Origin: an uncultured Acetobacteraceae bacterium
GTDB taxonomy: Bacteria; Pseudomonadota; Alphaproteobacteria; Acetobacterales; Acetobacteraceae
Assembly (NCBI GenBank): GCA_943912335.1
Contig: CALTUD010000004.1
Location: 74,115 to 138,114 of the forward strand
Direction of reading: 5' to 3'
DNA: 64,000 nucleotides
The translations under genes and the position numbers were made by a program. Positions 61,445-64,000 of this stretch are shown here, piece after piece (the first letter of the stretch is position 1; every line of letters begins with the position of its first letter). Below the pieces are notes generated by a model. That model did no database searches and was not told the DNA's origin. It saw only the letters and a list, made by a program, of their open reading frames with translations.

Positions 61445-61638
61445 GCTGCGAGGGAAGCGGCGTGGTGATCTGGTGACGACACCGCACCGGCCGGGCCGTT
61501 CTTCGCCATGATGGCCATGCCTCTTCCGGGGTTGCGCTGCGGCTCTGCTAAGCGATCGGTCGAACGCATGCAACGGCGAACGATGGAGACCGGTGGAGAC
61601 GGGGGAGGCCGGGCGGCGGTCTCGTCTGATCGCGGCGT

Positions 61639-62556
61639 TCAGGCCGCCGGAACGACCGGGTCGGGTGTCTGCCGCCCCCGGGCGAAAGCGGTCGGAGACA
61701 TGCCTACGTGGCGGGTGAACGCGACGCTAAAGGTGCTCTGGCTACTGTAGCCGACACGACGGGCGATCTCGCCGACACCGGCCTCGCCGCTGCGCAGCAG
61801 ATCCCTGGCCAGAGCCATGCGCCAGCCGAGCAGGTAATCCATCGGGCTGATACCCACCTCGCGCCGGAACCCGTCGAAGAAGCTGGAGCGTGACAGGCCG
61901 CAGGCCCGCGCCAGAGCCGCCACCGTCCAGCCATGCCCCGGATCGCCGTGCAGCCTGCGCAGAGCGACGGCGATCTTCCGATTGGCGAGTCCGCGCAGCA
62001 GGCCCGGCGCCGCATCCGGCGCGGCTTCGGTCCGCAGAGCCTCGATCAGGAGCACCTCCAGAAGCCGCGACAGAACCACGTCCCGCCCGGGCCGCTCCGC
62101 GCGGGCTTCCTCGCTCAACAGCGATACCAGAACCGGCAGGCGCGGTTCGCCGCGCACCACCACCAGAGGCGGCAGCAGAGACACCAGCAGGGCAGCATCG
62201 TTCGAGGCGAACTGATAGTGGCCGATCAGCATCCGGGCGTTCGCCGGCCCCGGTTCGCCGACGCGATACAGGCCCGGCCCGATCTCTTCCGGCTCGTCCA
62301 GCCAACCGGATGCCGGTGGGTCCGGGCTCGTCACCGTGACCGCTTCGGTCATGGACAGAAGATGAAAATCGCCCTTCCGGAGGCTGATCGGCGTGCCGCC
62401 GTCCGGCGACAGAATGCATTCCCCGTCCAGCATCGCGCCATAGAACGGCGTGCCCAGCGGCGGCCGGACCGCCCAGCGCCCGGATGCGACGACCATCTTG
62501 GAGAACGCGGCGCTCGGCTGGAGCAGGCCGATCACCTGGGCGACCGGATCGGACAT
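61639..62556 (-). CDS. AraC-family transcriptional regulator
   Basis: C-terminal double HTH (WTVAALARACGLSRSSFFDGFRREVGISPMDYLLGWRMALARDLL). Confidence 0.8.
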   Translation of the reverse strand: MSDPVAQVIGLLQPSAAFSKMVVASGRWAVRPPLGTPFYGAMLDGECILSPDGGTPISLRKGDFHLLSMTEAVTVTSPDPPASGWLDEPEEIGPGLYRVGEPGPANARMLIGHYQFASNDAALLVSLLPPLVVVRGEPRLPVLVSLLSEEARAERPGRDVVLSRLLEVLLIEALRTEAAPDAAPGLLRGLANRKIAVALRRLHGDPGHGWTVAALARACGLSRSSFFDGFRREVGISPMDYLLGWRMALARDLLRSGEAGVGEIARRVGYSSQSTFSVAFTRHVGMSPTAFARGRQTPDPVVPAA

Positions 62557-62652
62557 GATTGGACGATCTCCAACGAAACACAGATTTTGAACCGTAGACC
62601 GTCCGGCCGACGCGGGCCAAGTCTGGTGGGGTCAACGATCCGGAGGATATTC

Positions 62653-63408
62653 ATGCCCACCGTTCTCATCACAGGTTGTTCCACGGGTTTCGGCCGGGAG
62701 ATCGCGCTCCATTTCCTTGAACAGGGATGGGAGGTCGTCGCCACGATGCGCGACCCGGCGGCGAGCACGCTGCCGCGTGCGGAGACGCTGCGCGTGCTTA
62801 GGCTCGACGTCACCGATGCCGACAGCATCGCCGCGGCGACGGCGGAGGCGGGCGCGATCGACGTTCTGGTCAACAATGCCGGGATCGGCTGGCTGAACGC
62901 CATCGAGGGCACGAGCCCGGACATGGTCCGACGCATTTTTGACACCAACACGATCGGCGTCGTGGCGACGATGCAGGCGGTGTTGCCCGGCATGCGCGCA
63001 CGTGGCAGCGGCGTCATCGTCAACGTCAGTTCGAGCGTGACCTACCGACCGCTTCCGCTCTTGTCGGTCTATCGTGCCAGCAAGGCGGCGGTGAATGCGC
63101 TGACGGAAAGCGCTGCGCTCGAATGGGCCCCGTTCGGCATCCGCGCATGCGTGGTCAATCCAGGTGCCGCGCCGGGAACGCAGTTCGGCGACACCGCGCG
63201 CGCGGCGATCAGCGCAAACGGCGGATTTCCGGATGCCTACAAGGCCTTCGCGGAACGGACGATCGCAAGTCTGCAGCATTCCATGACCGGCGACGTCACG
63301 GAATCCAGGGATGTAGCCGAAGCGGTGTTTCGCGCCGCTACCGATCCTGCCTGCCCGATGATCCTGCCGGCCGGCCAAGACGCGATCGCATGGTCGCGGG
63401 CGGGCTGA
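62653..63408 (+). CDS. Short-chain dehydrogenase/reductase
   Basis: TGCSTGFG cofactor motif, NNAG, YRASKAA catalytic motif. Divergent from the AraC gene. Confidence 0.85.
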   Translation: MPTVLITGCSTGFGREIALHFLEQGWEVVATMRDPAASTLPRAETLRVLRLDVTDADSIAAATAEAGAIDVLVNNAGIGWLNAIEGTSPDMVRRIFDTNTIGVVATMQAVLPGMRARGSGVIVNVSSSVTYRPLPLLSVYRASKAAVNALTESAALEWAPFGIRACVVNPGAAPGTQFGDTARAAISANGGFPDAYKAFAERTIASLQHSMTGDVTESRDVAEAVFRAATDPACPMILPAGQDAIAWSRAG

Positions 63409-63447
63409 AAGCCTCGAGGGTGACGGAAGAAAAAGGAGAACACGGCG

Positions 63448-63524
63448 TGGTGGAGCTGAGGGGAATCGAACCCCTGACCTCCTCATTGCGAACGAGGCGC
63501 TCTCCCAACTGAGCTACAGCCCCG
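63448..63524 (-). tRNA. tRNA-Ala (anticodon CGC)
   Basis: Folded by hand: acceptor GGGGCUG with G3:U70, D-arm GCUCAGUUGGGAGAGC, anticodon loop UUCGCAA, T-arm AGGGGUUCGAUUCCCCU, encoded CCA. Confidence 0.85.
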
Positions 63525-63653
63525 CCGTGCGGTGGCGGAACATAGCGAAGGGCACCCCTCTGTCAAGGGCGGCAAGTGACGGCGGGCTCGAATGTTGCGC
63601 CCGCGATGCGGCATCGGTAGCTTGCCGCCCCATCGTCGCATAAGGATAAAGCC

Positions 63654-63974
63654 GTGGTCACGGCCATCTTCGCCCTGTTGTTCCTGCTGATCCGGCTCTT
63701 CATCTACGTGCTGCTGGCGTCCTGCATCTTCTCCATGCTCTACGCCTTCAACGTGGTGGACACCCGCAACCGGCTGGTCCGCAACGTCGGCGAGTTCCTG
63801 TATCGCGTCACGGAACCGGTGCTGGCGCCGGTCCGGCGCGTGCTGCCGCAATTCGGCAACGTGGATCTGAGCCCGCTGGTGGTCTTGCTGGCACTGCAAT
63901 ATCTGCTGGTGCCGTTTCTCCGCACGATCGAGATCGCCATGATCACCCACACCGCGCCGCAGTTCTTCTCATGA
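63654..63974 (+). CDS. YggT-family small membrane protein
   Basis: 106 aa, YggT-like C-terminus (RRVLPQFGNVDLSPLVVLLALQYL). Confidence 0.65.
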   Translation: MVTAIFALLFLLIRLFIYVLLASCIFSMLYAFNVVDTRNRLVRNVGEFLYRVTEPVLAPVRRVLPQFGNVDLSPLVVLLALQYLLVPFLRTIEIAMITHTAPQFFS

Positions 63975-64000
63975 GGGTCGCGGTTCTCGTTCCCTGCTAC

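Noticed and set aside
63448-63524. tRNA-Ala as the integration site for the AT-rich island
   Set aside because: The tRNA is about 18 kb away, with many host genes in between and no integrase.

Overview
This 64-kb window is high-GC chromosomal DNA (roughly 65-70% G+C by eye), probably from an alphaproteobacterium (inference from composition and gene content). It is densely packed with housekeeping and accessory genes on both strands: an NHEJ ku-ligD pair, a GDE-family glycosidase, a TonB-dependent receptor, dsbA, a Wzm/Wzt-type polysaccharide ABC exporter, a lytic transglycosylase with a SPOR domain, a peroxiredoxin, an entericidin-like lipoprotein, the ferric-iron fbpABC ABC importer, the glycerol genes glpF-glpK with a DUF805 gene, glpD and glpR, a riboflavin operon (ribD-ribE-ribBA-ribH) behind a clear FMN riboswitch, a TetR plus S53 sedolisin plus class-3 lipase group, maiA, maeB, the sulfonate genes ssuCB / ssuD / ssuA, an AaeAB-like efflux cluster (MarR-FUSC-DUF1656-HlyD-NodT), ftsK, a CDF transporter, AraC plus SDR, a tRNA-Ala(CGC) and yggT. 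A carboxylesterase gene at the left edge carries an in-frame TAG and looks like a pseudogene. The outstanding feature is a ~3.4-kb strongly AT-rich (about 35-40% G+C by eye) segment at ~41.8-45.25 kb. It lies between the convergent 3' ends of ssuCB and ssuD and carries a single 1032-aa ORF. Its N-terminus has all four conserved SIR2 (sirtuin-like NADase, SIR2_2-type) motifs with the catalytic Asn and His intact. This is followed by a region with a degenerate P-loop-like, Walker-B-like and TTR-like motif pattern and a long helical C-terminus. I interpret this as a horizontally acquired, single-gene, SIR2-based candidate anti-phage (NAD-depletion) defence system of the DSR / SIR2-STAND kind whose C-terminal sensor region is unrecognisable to me. 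Many large ORFs in the six-frame track are antisense artefacts of high GC and were rejected.
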